A stretch of 64,000 nucleotides of DNA from Planctomycetota bacterium (lineage in GTDB: Bacteria; Planctomycetota; Phycisphaerae; Phycisphaerales; SM1A02), in the NCBI GenBank assembly GCA_016872835.1, contig VGYX01000007.1:9184-73183 (forward strand), in the 5' to 3' direction. Both the position numbers and the translations under genes were made by a program. Under the pieces are notes generated by a model. It did not search any database. It saw nothing but the letters and a program-made list of their open reading frames with translations, and had not been told where the DNA came from. Of the stretch, positions 1 through 9,754 are shown piece by piece. Within the stretch, counting starts at the first letter, position 1, and each line of letters opens with the position of its first letter.

Positions 1-297
1 GTGGTGCCCCTCTACTTCGCGAAGGAACGGCCCGTGGTTGAGCGCGACGGCACGCTGCTCATGGTCGACGACGACCGCATGCGATTGCTGCCAGGCGAGC
101 GCATCCAGCGGCGCCGGGTGCGCTTCCGCACGCTCGGCTGCTATCCGCTCAGCGGCGCCTTCGAGAGCGACGCGGACAGCCTTGAGGCGATCATGGCCGA
201 ACTGATCGCGGCGCGCACCAGCGAGCGCCAGGGTCGCATGATCGACCACGATCAGGCGGCCAGCATGGAAAAGAAGAAGCATGAGGGCTACTTCTGA
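1..297 (+). CDS. cysD: Sulfate adenylyltransferase subunit 2 (CysD), C-terminal fragment; the gene starts upstream of the window
   Basis: The ORF enters from the window edge. Its tail, [24 protein letters not shown]...[10 protein letters not shown]...[10 protein letters not shown], resembles the conserved CysD C-terminus. The TGA stop overlaps the next ATG (TGATG), a typical cysD-cysN coupling. Confidence 0.85.
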   Translation: MVPLYFAKERPVVERDGTLLMVDDDRMRLLPGERIQRRRVRFRTLGCYPLSGAFESDADSLEAIMAELIAARTSERQGRMIDHDQAASMEKKKHEGYF

Positions 298-2201
298 TGC
301 CGCGACCGCGAAAGAAGCCCGGGACGCCGCCTTCGACTCCTGCGGTGTCCCTCGACGAGTTCCTCGAGCGCCAGCGCCAGGCGGAGCTGCTGCGCTTCAT
401 CACCTGCGGCAGCGTGGACGATGGCAAGAGCACGCTGATCGGTCGACTGCTCTGGGAAAGCCAGATGCTGTTCGAAGACCAGGTCGCCGCGCTCGAGCGC
501 GACTCGAAGCGCCATGGCACGCAGGGCGAGGGCATCGACTTCGCCTTGCTGGTCGACGGACTCGCCGCGGAGCGCGAACAGGGCATCACGATCGACGTGG
601 CGTACCGCTTCTTCTCCACCGCGCGACGGCGCTTCATCGTGGCCGACACCCCGGGGCACGAGCAGTACACCCGCAACATGATCACCGGCGCCAGCACCGC
701 CGACGCGGCGATCCTGCTGGTCGACGCGCGTCAGGGCCTGATGGTGCAGACCCGCCGCCATGCGTTCCTGGTGTCGCTGATGGGCATTCGGCACGTCGCG
801 TTGGCGGTGAACAAGATGGACCTCGTCGGCTTCGATCGGGTCACCTTCGAGTCGATCGTGCGCGATTTCGAGGCCTTCGCGAAACCGCTCGACTTCGCCT
901 CGATCACGCCCCTGCCGATCTCGGCGCTGCGTGGCGACAACGTGGTGACCCGCTCCAGCGAGACGCGCTGGCACGCCGGCCCCACGCTCATGGGCTGGCT
1001 GGAGACGGTGGAACTGCCGCGCGCACGCGAAGGCCGGTTCGTCTTCCCCGTGCAGGTGGTGAGCCGTCCCGATCCGTCCTTCCGTGGATTCGCGGGCACG
1101 ATCGCCGAGGGCTGGGTGCAGGCCGGCGACACCGTGCGTGTCACGGCGAGCGGCGAGACCGCGCGCGTGCAGCGCATCGTGACGATGGATGGGGACCTGC
1201 CGCGCGCCGAGGCTGGACGCGCCGTCACGCTGACGCTGGATCGCGAGATCGACGCGAGCCGCGGCGACGTGATCAGCTGCAGCGACGCGATCGACACCAC
1301 GGATCAGTTCGAGGCCACGCTGGTCTGGATGAATCAGGATCCGGGTCACGTGGGCCGCGCCTACCAACTGCAACTGGCCACGCAGTCCGTGCCGGCCTCG
1401 ATCACCGCGATCAAGCACGGCGTGAACGTGAACACGATGGCGCAGGAGCCACGTACCGCCCTGTCGCTGAACGACATCACCGTGTGCACGCTCGCCACGG
1501 GGCAGCCCGTCGCGTTCGACGCCTACGCGAAGTCGCGCGCGCTCGGCAGCTTCATCCTGGTCGATCGCATCACGAACGCCACGGTGGCCGTCGGCATGAT
1601 CCGCCACAGCCTCCGACGCGCGCAGAATGTGCATCGACAGGCCCTGACGGTCAGCCGCACCGATCGCGAGCGCCTGAACGGCCATCCCGGACGCGTGATC
1701 TGGTTCACCGGTCTCTCGGGCAGCGGCAAGAGCACCATCGCCAACGCGCTTGAGATGGCGCTGCACGCGCAAGGCCGACGCACCTACATCCTGGACGGAG
1801 ACAACGTTCGACAGGGCCTGAATCGTGACCTCGGATTCACGGATGCCGACCGCGTGGAGAACATCCGCCGTGTGGCGGAGGTGGCGAAACTGATGTGCGA
1901 TGCAGGCCTGATCGTGATGACGAGCTTCATCTCCCCCTTCCGGGCCGAGCGCGAGATGGCGCGCGAACTCGTGGGGCGCGAGCGGTTCACCGAGGTATTC
2001 GTGAACACGCCGCTCGCCGACTGCGAACAGCGGGATCCGAAGGGGCTGTATCGAAAGGCGCGTGCCGGGCAGCTGCCGAACCTGAGCGGCATCGGAAGCC
2101 CCTACGAGGCGCCCGCCATGCCGGACTTGACCATCAACACCGCGCGCACGAGCGTTGACGATGCGGTGAAGACGCTCCTGAAGGCGATCGACGCGCGCTG
2201 A
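297..2201 (+). CDS. cysNC: Bifunctional sulfate adenylyltransferase subunit 1 / adenylylsulfate kinase (CysN-CysC fusion)
   Basis: 634 aa. GTPase motifs [23 protein letters not shown] and NKMD are present. The C-terminal APS-kinase domain has the P-loop [17 protein letters not shown]. Confidence 0.9.
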   Translation: MPRPRKKPGTPPSTPAVSLDEFLERQRQAELLRFITCGSVDDGKSTLIGRLLWESQMLFEDQVAALERDSKRHGTQGEGIDFALLVDGLAAEREQGITIDVAYRFFSTARRRFIVADTPGHEQYTRNMITGASTADAAILLVDARQGLMVQTRRHAFLVSLMGIRHVALAVNKMDLVGFDRVTFESIVRDFEAFAKPLDFASITPLPISALRGDNVVTRSSETRWHAGPTLMGWLETVELPRAREGRFVFPVQVVSRPDPSFRGFAGTIAEGWVQAGDTVRVTASGETARVQRIVTMDGDLPRAEAGRAVTLTLDREIDASRGDVISCSDAIDTTDQFEATLVWMNQDPGHVGRAYQLQLATQSVPASITAIKHGVNVNTMAQEPRTALSLNDITVCTLATGQPVAFDAYAKSRALGSFILVDRITNATVAVGMIRHSLRRAQNVHRQALTVSRTDRERLNGHPGRVIWFTGLSGSGKSTIANALEMALHAQGRRTYILDGDNVRQGLNRDLGFTDADRVENIRRVAEVAKLMCDAGLIVMTSFISPFRAEREMARELVGRERFTEVFVNTPLADCEQRDPKGLYRKARAGQLPNLSGIGSPYEAPAMPDLTINTARTSVDDAVKTLLKAIDAR

Positions 2202-2203
2202 CT

Positions 2204-2378
2204 CGCGGCGGAGGCCGCGAACCGAACGACACACAGCGCACCTCGCGAAGCCCTTCGCGGCGGAGGCCGCGAACCGAACGACACACAGCGCACCTCGCGA
2301 AGCCCTTCGCGGCGGAGGCCGCGAACCGAACGACACACAGCGCACCTCGCGAAGCCCTTCGCGGCGGAGGCCGCGAAC
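2204..2378. repeat. Direct tandem repeat: 52-bp unit x 3 full copies plus a 19-bp partial copy, with no spacers
   Basis: The unit cgcggcggaggccgcgaaccgaacgacacacagcgcacctcgcgaagccctt starts at 2204, 2256, 2308 and 2360 (partial) and looks identical by eye. Each unit holds two inverted repeats, cgcggc-ggag-gccgcg and cgcgaag-cc-cttcgcg. The array fills the gap between the convergent cysNC stop (2201) and the tmRNA 3' end (2386). Confidence 0.95.
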
Positions 2379-2385
2379 TCAAACA

Positions 2386-2732
2386 GTGGAGCCGAGGGGA
2401 GTCGAACCCCTGTGCCGAGACGCTCGCAACGAAGGCTTCTACGCGTGTATCCAGCTATTCCATCTCAAATCCCGTGTCAGTCGCTGGACACTTCATGGGA
2501 TTCCAGACAGACAAGATGTCGCAGGGAACCGCCTGTCAGGGTTCACCCACCAGCCTGATATTGATGGACATTCACGCCATCAGGCGTCACATGGTGTCCA
2601 TGCAGCCAAATTAGGCCGCGAGAGCGTACTGCGTGTTGGCAGACGTTTTTGTGCCTACTTTTTACGTGGCCAGCAGGCTCCACGACGCGCGACCTTCGTC
2701 CGATTGCGCCCGGTCGATGCCGGTACGGCCCC
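2386..2732 (-). ncRNA. ssrA: tmRNA (SsrA), about 347 nt, CCA not encoded
   Basis: The minus strand reads 5'-GGGGCCGUACCGGCAUCGAC...GGGGUUCGACUCCCCUCGGCUCCA-3'. The acceptor stem GGGGCCG/CGGCUCC includes the G3:U pair, and the T-arm carries GGUUCGACUCC. An internal tag frame reads ...GCC AAC ACG CAG UAC GCU CUC GCG GCC UAA = ...ANTQYALAA*, bounded upstream by an in-frame UAA. Confidence 0.88.
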
Positions 2733-2752
2733 GATTGTCACAGAACTCAGCC

Positions 2753-2758
2753 ATTGTA
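2753..2758 (-). promoter_or_regulatory. Candidate -10 box (TACAAT on the minus strand) for the ssrA precursor
   Basis: TACAAT lies about 20 nt upstream of the mature tmRNA 5' end, in the 58-bp gap after the sthA stop. The -35 is only a weak TTCGCG-like match at 17-nt spacing. Confidence 0.3.
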
Positions 2759-2790
2759 GGCGCAAGCGTCGTCGGCGCGAAACGACCCGA

Positions 2791-4218
2791 TCACTTCCCG
2801 GCGAATTCCACCGCGCGCAGCCGATTCAGGCAGTTCAACGCGGCCACCTTGTAGCACTCGGCGAACGTCGGGTAGTTGAACACCGTGCTCAGGAAGTAGT
2901 TCAGGCCTCCACCCAGCGCCATCACCGCTTGGCCGATGTGCACCAGTTCGGTCGCCTGACTGCCAATGCAGTGCACCCCGAGCAACGCGCGGTTCTCGCG
3001 ATGGAAGATCAGTTTCATCAGGCCAGAGTCATCACCCCGGATCTGGCCACGCGCACTCTCCGCATATCGCGCCACACCGATCTCGTAAGGAACGCAATCC
3101 TTCGTGAGCTGCTCCTCGGTCTGACCTGTGCAACTGAGCTCGGGCACGGAATAGATGCCGTAGGGCCAGTGCGGACTCATGCCGGGATGCGGCTCACCGA
3201 ACATCTCGCACGCGGCGATGCGTCCTTGCTCGTAGCTGGTCGCCGCCAGGCCGGGCGCGCCGATCACGTCACCCGCCGCGAAGATCCATGGCACCGAAGT
3301 GCGGAAGCGGTCATCCACCTTGAGGCGTCCGCGATCGTCACCCTGCAACCCGACCGACGTCAGGTTCAGCTCCTCGATGTTGCCGATACGGCCGGCGCTC
3401 ATCAGCACCATCTCGGCGCTCATCTTCTTGCCGCTGCGCGTGGTCACGGTCACGCGCGTATGCCCGTCGGCGCCCTTCTCCTTGACGGCCCCCGCGACCT
3501 CTTCGCCCAGTCGGAAGGTGACCTGTGCCAGACGCATCTGATGGACAAGCTCGTCGATGATCTCGTGATCAATGAACGGCAGCGGACGATCGGCCTTGTC
3601 CATCACGGTCACCTGCACGCCGGCATGCGCGAACATGCTCGCGTACTCGATGCCGATCACGCCCGCGCCGATCACCAGCAGTGTGCGCGGCAGTCGCGGC
3701 GCCTGCAAGATCGTGTCGCCGGTGAACACGCACTCGGGGTCGGGCTGCGTGTCGCCTGGCATGATGGCGCGGCTGCCGGTGGCGATCATGACAAAGCGTG
3801 CCGAGAGGTGCTGCACGCCCTCCGCGCTCGTGACTGCCATCCGATTCGCGCCGTCCATGCTTGCAGTGCCGTGCAGAAGCTCGATCTCGTTTCGGTCGAA
3901 CTGGTCATGCACCACCAGGCTTTCGCGCTCCACCACCGTGCTCACGCGGCTCAGCAGCGCCTGCATGGTCGGACGCACAGGGCGCGCGCCGATCGAATAC
4001 AGGCTCAGCATCTGGCTGCGCCGGGTCAGACTGCACACGGCCTCGCGGAAGGTCTTGCTTGGAATGGTGCCCAAATCCACGCAGTTGCCGCCGATGTGGC
4101 GACCCTTCTCGATCACGCAGACTCGCTTGCCCAGCTTGCTCGCCTGCACCGCAGCGCGCTGGCCGGCAGGGCCGCTTCCAATCACGACCAGGTCGAAGTC
4201 GAATTCAGGCTCGGACAT
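2791..4218 (-). CDS. sthA: Soluble pyridine nucleotide transhydrogenase (SthA/UdhA-type FAD flavoprotein)
   Basis: Trimmed to MSEPEFDFDLVVIGSGPAGQRAA (dinucleotide fold). GGNCVDLGTIPSK has Thr in place of the second redox Cys of Lpd-type enzymes, as in SthA. A second GxGxxG (LLVIGAGVIGIEYA) is present. Confidence 0.78.
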   Translation of the reverse strand: MSEPEFDFDLVVIGSGPAGQRAAVQASKLGKRVCVIEKGRHIGGNCVDLGTIPSKTFREAVCSLTRRSQMLSLYSIGARPVRPTMQALLSRVSTVVERESLVVHDQFDRNEIELLHGTASMDGANRMAVTSAEGVQHLSARFVMIATGSRAIMPGDTQPDPECVFTGDTILQAPRLPRTLLVIGAGVIGIEYASMFAHAGVQVTVMDKADRPLPFIDHEIIDELVHQMRLAQVTFRLGEEVAGAVKEKGADGHTRVTVTTRSGKKMSAEMVLMSAGRIGNIEELNLTSVGLQGDDRGRLKVDDRFRTSVPWIFAAGDVIGAPGLAATSYEQGRIAACEMFGEPHPGMSPHWPYGIYSVPELSCTGQTEEQLTKDCVPYEIGVARYAESARGQIRGDDSGLMKLIFHRENRALLGVHCIGSQATELVHIGQAVMALGGGLNYFLSTVFNYPTFAECYKVAALNCLNRLRAVEFAGK

Positions 4219-4259
4219 GAGGTCGAGCATAACGGCGACCGGCGCGTGGTCTGATACCC

Positions 4260-4937
4260 GTGCACAATGCGCCCATGCACAACGGAATCGACCCATCTTC
4301 CCTGCCCGTGGATCGTCGCTATGCGCTGCTGATCGGATCGATCGTTCCGCGACCCATCGCGGTGGTGGGCACATGCGCACCGGACGGATCCGAGCCGAAT
4401 CTTGCGCCCTTCTCGTTCTTCGCAGGGGCAGGCAGCGACCCCATGTGTCTCCTGTTCTGCCCCGCGAACCGTCCCGACGGAACCGAGAAGGATTCGCTGC
4501 GCCACGCGAAGCCCCGCGCCGAGGGTGGCAGCGGCGAGTTCACGGTGGGTGTGGCCACCGAGCCGATCATTCGCCGGATCGTGGCATGCGCCGAGGAGCT
4601 GCCACCCGACCAGAGCGAGTTCGATCTGAGCGGACTGACGCCGGTGGGTGGCAGGAAGGTGCGCGCGCCGCGCTTCATGGAAAGCCCGATCGCGTTCGAG
4701 TGTCGCACCCTGCAGGTGATACGCACCAATCCGGGCAAGCCATCCGGCGGCAACATCGTGATCGGCGAGGTGGTGTGGATCCACGCCGATCCTGCGCTGA
4801 TCGACGAGCGACTTCGCGTGGATCCCGAGCTGCTTCAGGCCGTGGGCCGCATGGGAGGCATGGAGTACACGCGCACGCGCGACCGATTTGCGCTGCCGTG
4901 GGGCGCCGCGGCGCTTGCGTCCAGAAACAAGTTCTGA
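4260..4937 (+). CDS. Flavin reductase-like (FMN-binding split-barrel) domain protein
   Basis: 225 aa. SIVPRPIAVVGT...GSEPNLAPFSFF is the typical N-terminal signature of the flavin reductase-like family. An alternative ATG lies at 4275. Confidence 0.65.
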   Translation: MHNAPMHNGIDPSSLPVDRRYALLIGSIVPRPIAVVGTCAPDGSEPNLAPFSFFAGAGSDPMCLLFCPANRPDGTEKDSLRHAKPRAEGGSGEFTVGVATEPIIRRIVACAEELPPDQSEFDLSGLTPVGGRKVRAPRFMESPIAFECRTLQVIRTNPGKPSGGNIVIGEVVWIHADPALIDERLRVDPELLQAVGRMGGMEYTRTRDRFALPWGAAALASRNKF

Positions 4938-4958
4938 CCCTGTTACGCGGACGGTGAT

Positions 4959-6098
4959 TCAACCGCGCCGACGCGCGAAGTCGCGCATGAAGTCCGCCAG
5001 CGCCCGCGCACCCGCCACGGGCATCGCGTTGTACATGCTGGCGCGGATACCGCCCGTGCTTCGATGGCCCGCAAGTCCGTCCATGCCGTGCGCCGCCGCC
5101 TCAATCACGAACGCGGCGTCGATCGCCGCACTTGGGCCGCGGAACAGCACGTTGATCGGGCTCTGACACCAGCGCTCGGCGTGGGCCTTCCAGAAGCCGC
5201 CGCTGTCGTCGATCGCCTTCAGCACGATGTCGCTGCGCTCCGCCGCGAGCCGCTCCATGGCCTTCACGCCACCCTGCTTCTCGATCCACCGGCACATCAG
5301 GCCCACCACATGGATGCCGAAGGTGTTCGGCGTGTTCGGCCGGCTCTCGCCCTTCTCGTACTCGTCGTAGCGCAGCATGCTCGGCAACGTGCGGCACGAC
5401 TTCTCAAGCAGGTCACGCCGGATCAGGACCATCGTCATGCCGCTCGGCCCCAGATTCTTCTGCGCCGCGGCGTAGACGAAGCCATGCCCCGAAAGATCCA
5501 GCGGCTCCGCGAAAATGTCGCTGCTCGCGTCACGCGCAAGCCACGCTCCGTCGGCGGCGGTCGGCATCACGCTCCACTTGGTTCCGTCCACGGTGTTGTT
5601 GCTGCACCAGTGGTGGTAGGCGGCACCCTTGCTCGGCGCCGCCTCATCGGCGCGTGGCGTGCGGCTGAACGCGCATGACTTTCCGTCGAAGGTCAGATTC
5701 ACCTTCCCGACCATCTTCGCGTCAGCGATCGCCTTCGTCGTCCATAGCCCAGTATCGGCATAGTCCGCGTGTCCGCCCTCCGGCAGGAAGTTCATCGGCA
5801 GCATGCCGAACTGCAGCGTTGCGCCACCCGGAATGAACAGGCCCGCCCAGTCCTTGCCCGCACCCGCCACGCGCATGAACGCCGCGTGGCTCTCCGCCAG
5901 AAGCGCGTCGAACACCGGGCCGCGATGGCTGTGCTCCAGGATGCCGATGCCGCTTCCGTTCAGATCCAGCAGGTCCTGCCGCAGCTGCTCCAGCACTTCC
6001 AGCGGCATCGCCGCCGGGCCCGCGCTGAAGTTGAACACGCGTCCGCCCGGCATCGGCCGCACGGCGGCGAGCATCTCCAAGCCTTGCACCGCGCTCAT
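4959..6098 (-). CDS. serC: Phosphoserine aminotransferase
   Basis: 379 aa. The N-terminal region VFNFSAGPAAMPLEVLEQ is a SerC hallmark. The ATG overlaps the serA stop (ATGA). Confidence 0.85.
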   Translation of the reverse strand: MSAVQGLEMLAAVRPMPGGRVFNFSAGPAAMPLEVLEQLRQDLLDLNGSGIGILEHSHRGPVFDALLAESHAAFMRVAGAGKDWAGLFIPGGATLQFGMLPMNFLPEGGHADYADTGLWTTKAIADAKMVGKVNLTFDGKSCAFSRTPRADEAAPSKGAAYHHWCSNNTVDGTKWSVMPTAADGAWLARDASSDIFAEPLDLSGHGFVYAAAQKNLGPSGMTMVLIRRDLLEKSCRTLPSMLRYDEYEKGESRPNTPNTFGIHVVGLMCRWIEKQGGVKAMERLAAERSDIVLKAIDDSGGFWKAHAERWCQSPINVLFRGPSAAIDAAFVIEAAAHGMDGLAGHRSTGGIRASMYNAMPVAGARALADFMRDFARRRG

Positions 6099-7363
6099 GC
6101 CCGCCTCACGATCGTGAACAGGCCTGCGCTCAGCACCGCCGGATTCTTGCGGATCGCGGCGAGCTGGTCCTCGCTGGGTGCCTGGTCAAGATGGATGCGC
6201 GCCATCGCAGCCTCGCCTCCCTCGTAGATGATGTTCTCCATCTCCTCCACGTTGATCCCGCCCTGACCGAGCGTGTAGAAGACATGCGCCAGCACGCCCG
6301 GGCGGTTCAGGTGCCGCACCGAGAGCAGCGTGGTCGCCGGCGTCTGCCGTGCGCGATTCACGCAGTTGGGTGCGGTGCCTCGATCCAGCCACTCGCGGAT
6401 CACTCGGACCGTCTCGTGCGAGACCGCCTGCGCCGCCTGGTCGGTGCTTGCGGCCACATGGAACGTCCCGTAGACGCCGGGCAACTTGGCGAGCGGACTT
6501 TCGAAGCTGGCGCAGTCCGACTCGGGCTCCTTCGAGAAGACGTCGAGTCCCGCGCGAATGCCTCGATCCCGCACCGCGGCGGCCAGCGCGCCTTCGTCGA
6601 TCACGCGGCCGCTCGAGATGTTCACCAGGATCGCGCCCTGCTTCAGCGCGTTCAGGAACTTGTCGCCGATCAGGCCATCGGTCTCCTCATTCACCGCCAC
6701 GCACACGCACACCACATCGGCGAGCTTGGCCAGATTCACGATGTTCGCGCAGAAATGCACACCCGCAGCGTCGGCCTTCTCCTCGGTCAGGTGCCGGCTC
6801 CACGCCACCACGCCCATGCCGAAGGTCTTGGCGCGACGAGCAATCTCCATGCCCACCTGTCCCAACCCGACGATGCCCATGGTGCGTCCATGCAGGCCCG
6901 CCGCCCTCAGGAAGTCGGCGCGATCCCACTTGCCCTCGCGCATGCGGATCACCTGATCGGGCACGCGACGATCGCACGCCAGCACGTGCGCCCATGCCAG
7001 CTCCGCCACGGCATGCGCATTGCGTCCGGGGCAGTTGCTCACGAACACGCCGCGACGGCTCGCCGCCACCAGATCGATCTCCTCGGTGCCGGCACCCGCC
7101 TGCACCACGAGCGCCAGACGCGGACTCGCCTCGATGGTCGCGGCCGTCACCGCGGTCTCGCGCACCACAAGGACCTCGGGCTGCAGCGTCGCGAGTCGCG
7201 CCGGCAACTCCGCCGCGCTCACGGTGGGTTCATGAATGGTGTCGCACCCAAGATCGCGCAAGGCCTGCAGACTGGCCGCCTCGAAGGCGTCGGCGACAAG
7301 AATGCGCGCGGTGGTGCGGCTCCCGGAGGCTGGCGCGCCGCTGCGCGGCGAAAAAGTGGTCAT
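6095..7363 (-). CDS. serA: D-3-phosphoglycerate dehydrogenase with C-terminal ACT domain
   Basis: Trimmed to MTTFSPRSG (422 aa). It carries the 2-hydroxyacid dehydrogenase NAD fold GIVGLGQVGMEIARRA and a C-terminal ACT-like LLSVRHLNRPGVLAHVFYTLGQGGINVEEM. There is an ATGA overlap with the upstream gene. Confidence 0.82.
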   Translation of the reverse strand: MTTFSPRSGAPASGSRTTARILVADAFEAASLQALRDLGCDTIHEPTVSAAELPARLATLQPEVLVVRETAVTAATIEASPRLALVVQAGAGTEEIDLVAASRRGVFVSNCPGRNAHAVAELAWAHVLACDRRVPDQVIRMREGKWDRADFLRAAGLHGRTMGIVGLGQVGMEIARRAKTFGMGVVAWSRHLTEEKADAAGVHFCANIVNLAKLADVVCVCVAVNEETDGLIGDKFLNALKQGAILVNISSGRVIDEGALAAAVRDRGIRAGLDVFSKEPESDCASFESPLAKLPGVYGTFHVAASTDQAAQAVSHETVRVIREWLDRGTAPNCVNRARQTPATTLLSVRHLNRPGVLAHVFYTLGQGGINVEEMENIIYEGGEAAMARIHLDQAPSEDQLAAIRKNPAVLSAGLFTIVRRA

Positions 7364-8445
7364 CGCGAAATTGTAGTCGCCGCCCGCTCCAATTCCGCCA
7401 TGCACAGACCCGATCGGAACCGGGGCTCGAACCACGTGCTGGCCTCCGGAAGCAGCCTGCCGTCCGCGGAAAGTCCACGCAATTCAGAGAGTTCCGGATC
7501 CGCCACCAGGATCATGCAACCTGCCGCGCCGGCTCGAACCTGCGCCTCGATCGCATCCTGATGCATTCTCGATCCCGCCTTCCAGGATGCTCCGCCGGCC
7601 CATGCCTCCACCTGGAGCACGGCCTGCTCGAAGCGCTCCGACATCTCGCAGCAAAACCAGGCGACGCCCCCCGGATCGGCGGCGCAGACCAGTGCGCATC
7701 CCGGCGCGGGCGCGACACCCGTCATGTCCGCCACGCGAACCGCCTTGCTGGCCGTCAGGAACGCCGCGGAACGATCCACGCCGATGCCTGCGATCGACGC
7801 ACGCCCCGCCACGTGCTCCATCGGAACCAGCATGGTCAGGGTGTCACCGCTCGCGGCGTGAGGTGCCGCACGATGATGCCCCTCCAGCAGAAGGCCTTCA
7901 CGCACCTCTCCGAAAGCTCGTGCCAAGGCCTCGGCTCGCGTGCCCAACCACAAGGTGTGCGTCGCGCCATCCTCGGCCACCACATGGAACAGCGGACGAT
8001 CGTTCATCTCGCGCTCGAACAGATCCAAGATCTCGGGCGTCGCGTCGAAGCCCACGATCGTCGGATCCGCATGCACGCCCACGTGCGACGTGTGTCGTTG
8101 CCACGACGCGGCGCGATCGGCATGCGCACGCCGGTGCGGCCGCACCACCTGCGATCCGAAGACACCGCTCTCGACGCAGGCCACCAGCGCCACCGAGGTC
8201 CGTCCCGCGTGCACCTGCCGGTGCATGAACATCGCCGGCTCCGCGTGCCGAATCAGCGCGCGTGACTCCAGAAGTTCCTGCACCAGAGGTGTGCCGCGCT
8301 CCAGCAGCGCCGCCAGACTCCGTGGGGTGCGCTCCGCATGCAGGCGCCGATCCGGTTCGCTGTGGTGGTCCAGACGGGCCATGGAGAACTCGCGCACGCG
8401 GGCTGCAGAGGGCCGGATGGCCAGGAATGGACGGATGCGAATCAC
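7360..8445 (-). CDS. DUF1015 family protein
   Basis: 361 aa. The N-terminus is MIRIRPFLAIRP, there is an internal EGHHRAA (compare the ADGHHR motif), and the C-terminal LPEASTWFEPRFRSGL resembles the MPpKST.F.PK..GL signature of DUF1015. Confidence 0.65.
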   Translation of the reverse strand: MIRIRPFLAIRPSAARVREFSMARLDHHSEPDRRLHAERTPRSLAALLERGTPLVQELLESRALIRHAEPAMFMHRQVHAGRTSVALVACVESGVFGSQVVRPHRRAHADRAASWQRHTSHVGVHADPTIVGFDATPEILDLFEREMNDRPLFHVVAEDGATHTLWLGTRAEALARAFGEVREGLLLEGHHRAAPHAASGDTLTMLVPMEHVAGRASIAGIGVDRSAAFLTASKAVRVADMTGVAPAPGCALVCAADPGGVAWFCCEMSERFEQAVLQVEAWAGGASWKAGSRMHQDAIEAQVRAGAAGCMILVADPELSELRGLSADGRLLPEASTWFEPRFRSGLCMAELERAATTISR

Positions 8446-8626
8446 GGTTTTTGACTCAGGAATGCCAGTTTAGGCGCCCGGTTCCATCTGCACCGCCTTC
8501 ACCGGGCCTCGAAAGCGGCAGATCCGCTTCAGGAGGTCCCCCTTCGGACCGACCTCCCGGTGGGACTCGGCTTGGCGCCGGACCCCACGACCGCACAGTC
8601 AAGACCAGATCCGAAGCGAGGTTCTC

Positions 8627-9733
8627 ATGCGTTCCAATCTGCCAACCCGTCACGATGCGCCCGAAACGGAAGCGCTGCTCCACGCGCCACAGTCGAACAC
8701 CGACCTGCCCGGTGGCGCAGGCTTCGATCGACTCGCCCGCAAACTCCGACGCGCCGGCCTGGTCTGGGCCCAAGCGGAACCAAGCCACCTTCGCTGGAGC
8801 CTGAGCGGTGACTTCCTGACCACCTTGGTGGCGGAGAGCCCTTGGATCCGCCGACGCGTGGACGAGATCTCGCAGGGATGGAACCATGGCGCCACCGTCT
8901 CGCATGTCGAGGCGATCCCAGGCTGCTGGGTGCTGCCTTCGGGTGCACGCGATCGCTGCGATGGCGCGGCTCGTGGACTCGCGGTGGCGGTGACGCGCCA
9001 GGCCGCAGGCCCCCGCGGCAGCCTCCGCGCGCTCTGCCAGGGTGCCGGACTGGATCACGACCTGGTCCGCGACATGCTGCTGCGCGACTCCGCCATCTCG
9101 CTGAACGAGATCCCACGTCTGGCGGCCATGGTGCGCCTGCTCAAGCCCGTAGCGCTGCAACCGTCCACGGTTCCAGGCGTCGAGACCCTTCTGCGGGCGG
9201 TCGAGACCACCCATCGAACCGTGCGCGGACACAGCGAGCGGACCTCACGGCTGGCCCAGCGTCTGGCCGAAGCCGCGGGCCTGAGCAAGAAAGAGCGTGA
9301 AACCGCGCGCCTGGCAGGGTTGCTGCATGACGTGGGCAAGCTCGGCGTGCCCGAAAGCGTCATTCGGAAGCCTGGTGCCCTGACTGCGGAGGAACGCTCC
9401 GTCGTCAACCTGCACCCCGAGATCGGCCATCGCATGCTTCAGGGGGTGCGTGGGCTTGAACACGCCCTTCCCGGCGTGCTGTGGCATCACGAACGTTGGG
9501 ATGGCGCGGGCTATCCGCACCGTCTCTCCGGCGAGTCCATCCCCCAGGTCGCCCGAATCATGTCGATCGCGGACAGTTTCGATGCCATGCGAAGCGAACG
9601 ACCATATCGCCGGGCACTCTCCGATCAGGAAGCCATCCGTGAGATTCGCGAGGGTTCCGGCCGTCAGTTCGATCCGCGTCTGGCGAAGACCTTCCTGCAG
9701 CTGCTGGAGTGCCAACCGGCGTTGGCGGCCTGA
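8627..9733 (+). CDS. HD-GYP domain protein (putative c-di-GMP phosphodiesterase) with an uncharacterised N-terminal region of about 190 aa
   Basis: 368 aa. Motifs GLLHDVGKLGVP, HPEIGHRML, HHERWDGAGYP and IADSFDAMRSERPYR are present. GAGG lies 7 nt upstream of the ATG. Confidence 0.82.
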   Translation: MRSNLPTRHDAPETEALLHAPQSNTDLPGGAGFDRLARKLRRAGLVWAQAEPSHLRWSLSGDFLTTLVAESPWIRRRVDEISQGWNHGATVSHVEAIPGCWVLPSGARDRCDGAARGLAVAVTRQAAGPRGSLRALCQGAGLDHDLVRDMLLRDSAISLNEIPRLAAMVRLLKPVALQPSTVPGVETLLRAVETTHRTVRGHSERTSRLAQRLAEAAGLSKKERETARLAGLLHDVGKLGVPESVIRKPGALTAEERSVVNLHPEIGHRMLQGVRGLEHALPGVLWHHERWDGAGYPHRLSGESIPQVARIMSIADSFDAMRSERPYRRALSDQEAIREIREGSGRQFDPRLAKTFLQLLECQPALAA

Positions 9734-9754
9734 CGACTTGCGCTCCCGGCGAAT

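Noticed and set aside
2204-2378. Possible CRISPR array
   Set aside because: The repeats are directly abutting with no unique spacers, the unit is 52 bp, and no cas genes are present. It is a plain tandem repeat.
2204-2790. Genomic island or prophage integrated at the tmRNA gene
   Set aside because: There is no integrase, no duplicated copy of the ssrA 3' end, and both flanks are housekeeping genes (cysNC, sthA). The repeat unit does not resemble the tmRNA terminus.
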